From Mobula hypostoma (lineage: Eukaryota), in contig NC_086097.1 in NCBI RefSeq assembly GCF_963921235.1, positions 59,212,001-59,276,000 on the forward strand: 64,000 bases of DNA. The letters are read 5' to 3'. The notes under the pieces are model-generated. The model ran no database searches, was not told the DNA's origin, and worked only from the letters and a program-made list of their open reading frames with translations. Of the stretch, positions 63,445 to 64,000 are shown piece by piece (positions within the stretch are counted from its first letter, which is position 1; every line of letters begins with the position of its first letter). Position numbers and translations under genes: made by a program.

Positions 63445-63637
63445 TACATATGATGTGTTGGAATAATGGCCGATGCTATTCACATACTTTTACATATAAC
63501 CCACAATTAATTATTTAAACAAATAAGAATGCTTAAAGAAACCAAATATTTTCAATATTACTCAAATATTACTGAAATATTAAATACACTACAGTGGGGA
63601 GGGCTTTGCCTGTAATATCTTGAGTAATTCTGAGTAG

Positions 63638-64000
63638 TCAAAGTTCAAAGTAAATTTTATTATCAGAGTGCATACGTGTCACCACATTCAACCCTGAGAT
63701 TCATTTTCCTGCGGGCATACTCAGCAAATCTATAGAATAGTAACTATAACAGGATCAATGAAAGATCAACCGGAGTGCAGAAAACACCAAACTGTGCAAA
63801 TACAAGTATAAATAAATAGCAATAAATAATGAGAACATGGAATAACAAGATAATGAGTCCTTAAAGTGGGATCAGTGTTTGTGGGAACAACTCAATGGAT
63901 GGGTAAGTGAGTGCAGTTATCCCTTGTTGTTCAAGGGCCTGATGGTTGTGGGATAGGAACTGTCCTTGAACCTGGTGGTGGTAGTCGCAAGGCTCTTGTC
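63638..64000 (-). mobile_element. Rex1-type LINE 3' end (runs off the window)
   Basis: caaagttcaaagtaaattttattatc tail; gttcaagggcctgatggttg..ctgtccttgaacctggtgg. Confidence 0.8.

Larger units (their letters stand above)
55202..63593 (-). mobile_element. Gypsy LTR retrotransposon provirus, decayed, both LTRs present (55202-55368; 63026-63593)
   Basis: Direct repeats gttatg(t/c)tttgtaa..gaaatattaaatacac(a/t)aca; purine tract next to 55369; protease IKMDLSTGSAVSVI (61715-62020); RT SPWAMPVV..YPLLRIEDVF..FSKIDL (58653-58970); integrase DFAGPF..LVVVDA..WPEV (58287-58481). Confidence 0.87.

Overview
This is eukaryotic, repeat-dominated genomic DNA with no host protein-coding gene I can support. 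The repeat mix (CR1 with esterase ORF1, Rex1/Babar, V-SINE, abundant Penelope derivatives) suggests a cartilaginous fish, probably a ray; that is inference. The ORFs I can recognise are decayed transposon frames. Contents: Penelope-like elements (RT plus GIY-YIG), many CR1 and Rex1/Babar LINE pieces, tRNA-derived SINEs, three hAT transposons plus a tiny MITE, a Harbinger-type non-autonomous element, a Gypsy provirus with both LTRs, a second decayed Gypsy and a solo LTR. Highlights: (1) a family of short Penelope-derived elements carries a minimal, probably dimer-dependent type I hammerhead ribozyme (CUGAUGA...GAAACGUC), about 8 motif copies, best at 54299-54335; (2) three insertions of this family are TSD-flanked fold-back hairpins whose inverted arm stops 20-35 nt before the 3' end; (3) a five-level nested stack CR1(-) > CR1(+) > LTR > hAT > retroposon tail lies at 26906-36925; (4) a Gypsy provirus at 55202-63593 acts as a sink for at least six later insertions. 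Boundaries of old fragments are approximate.
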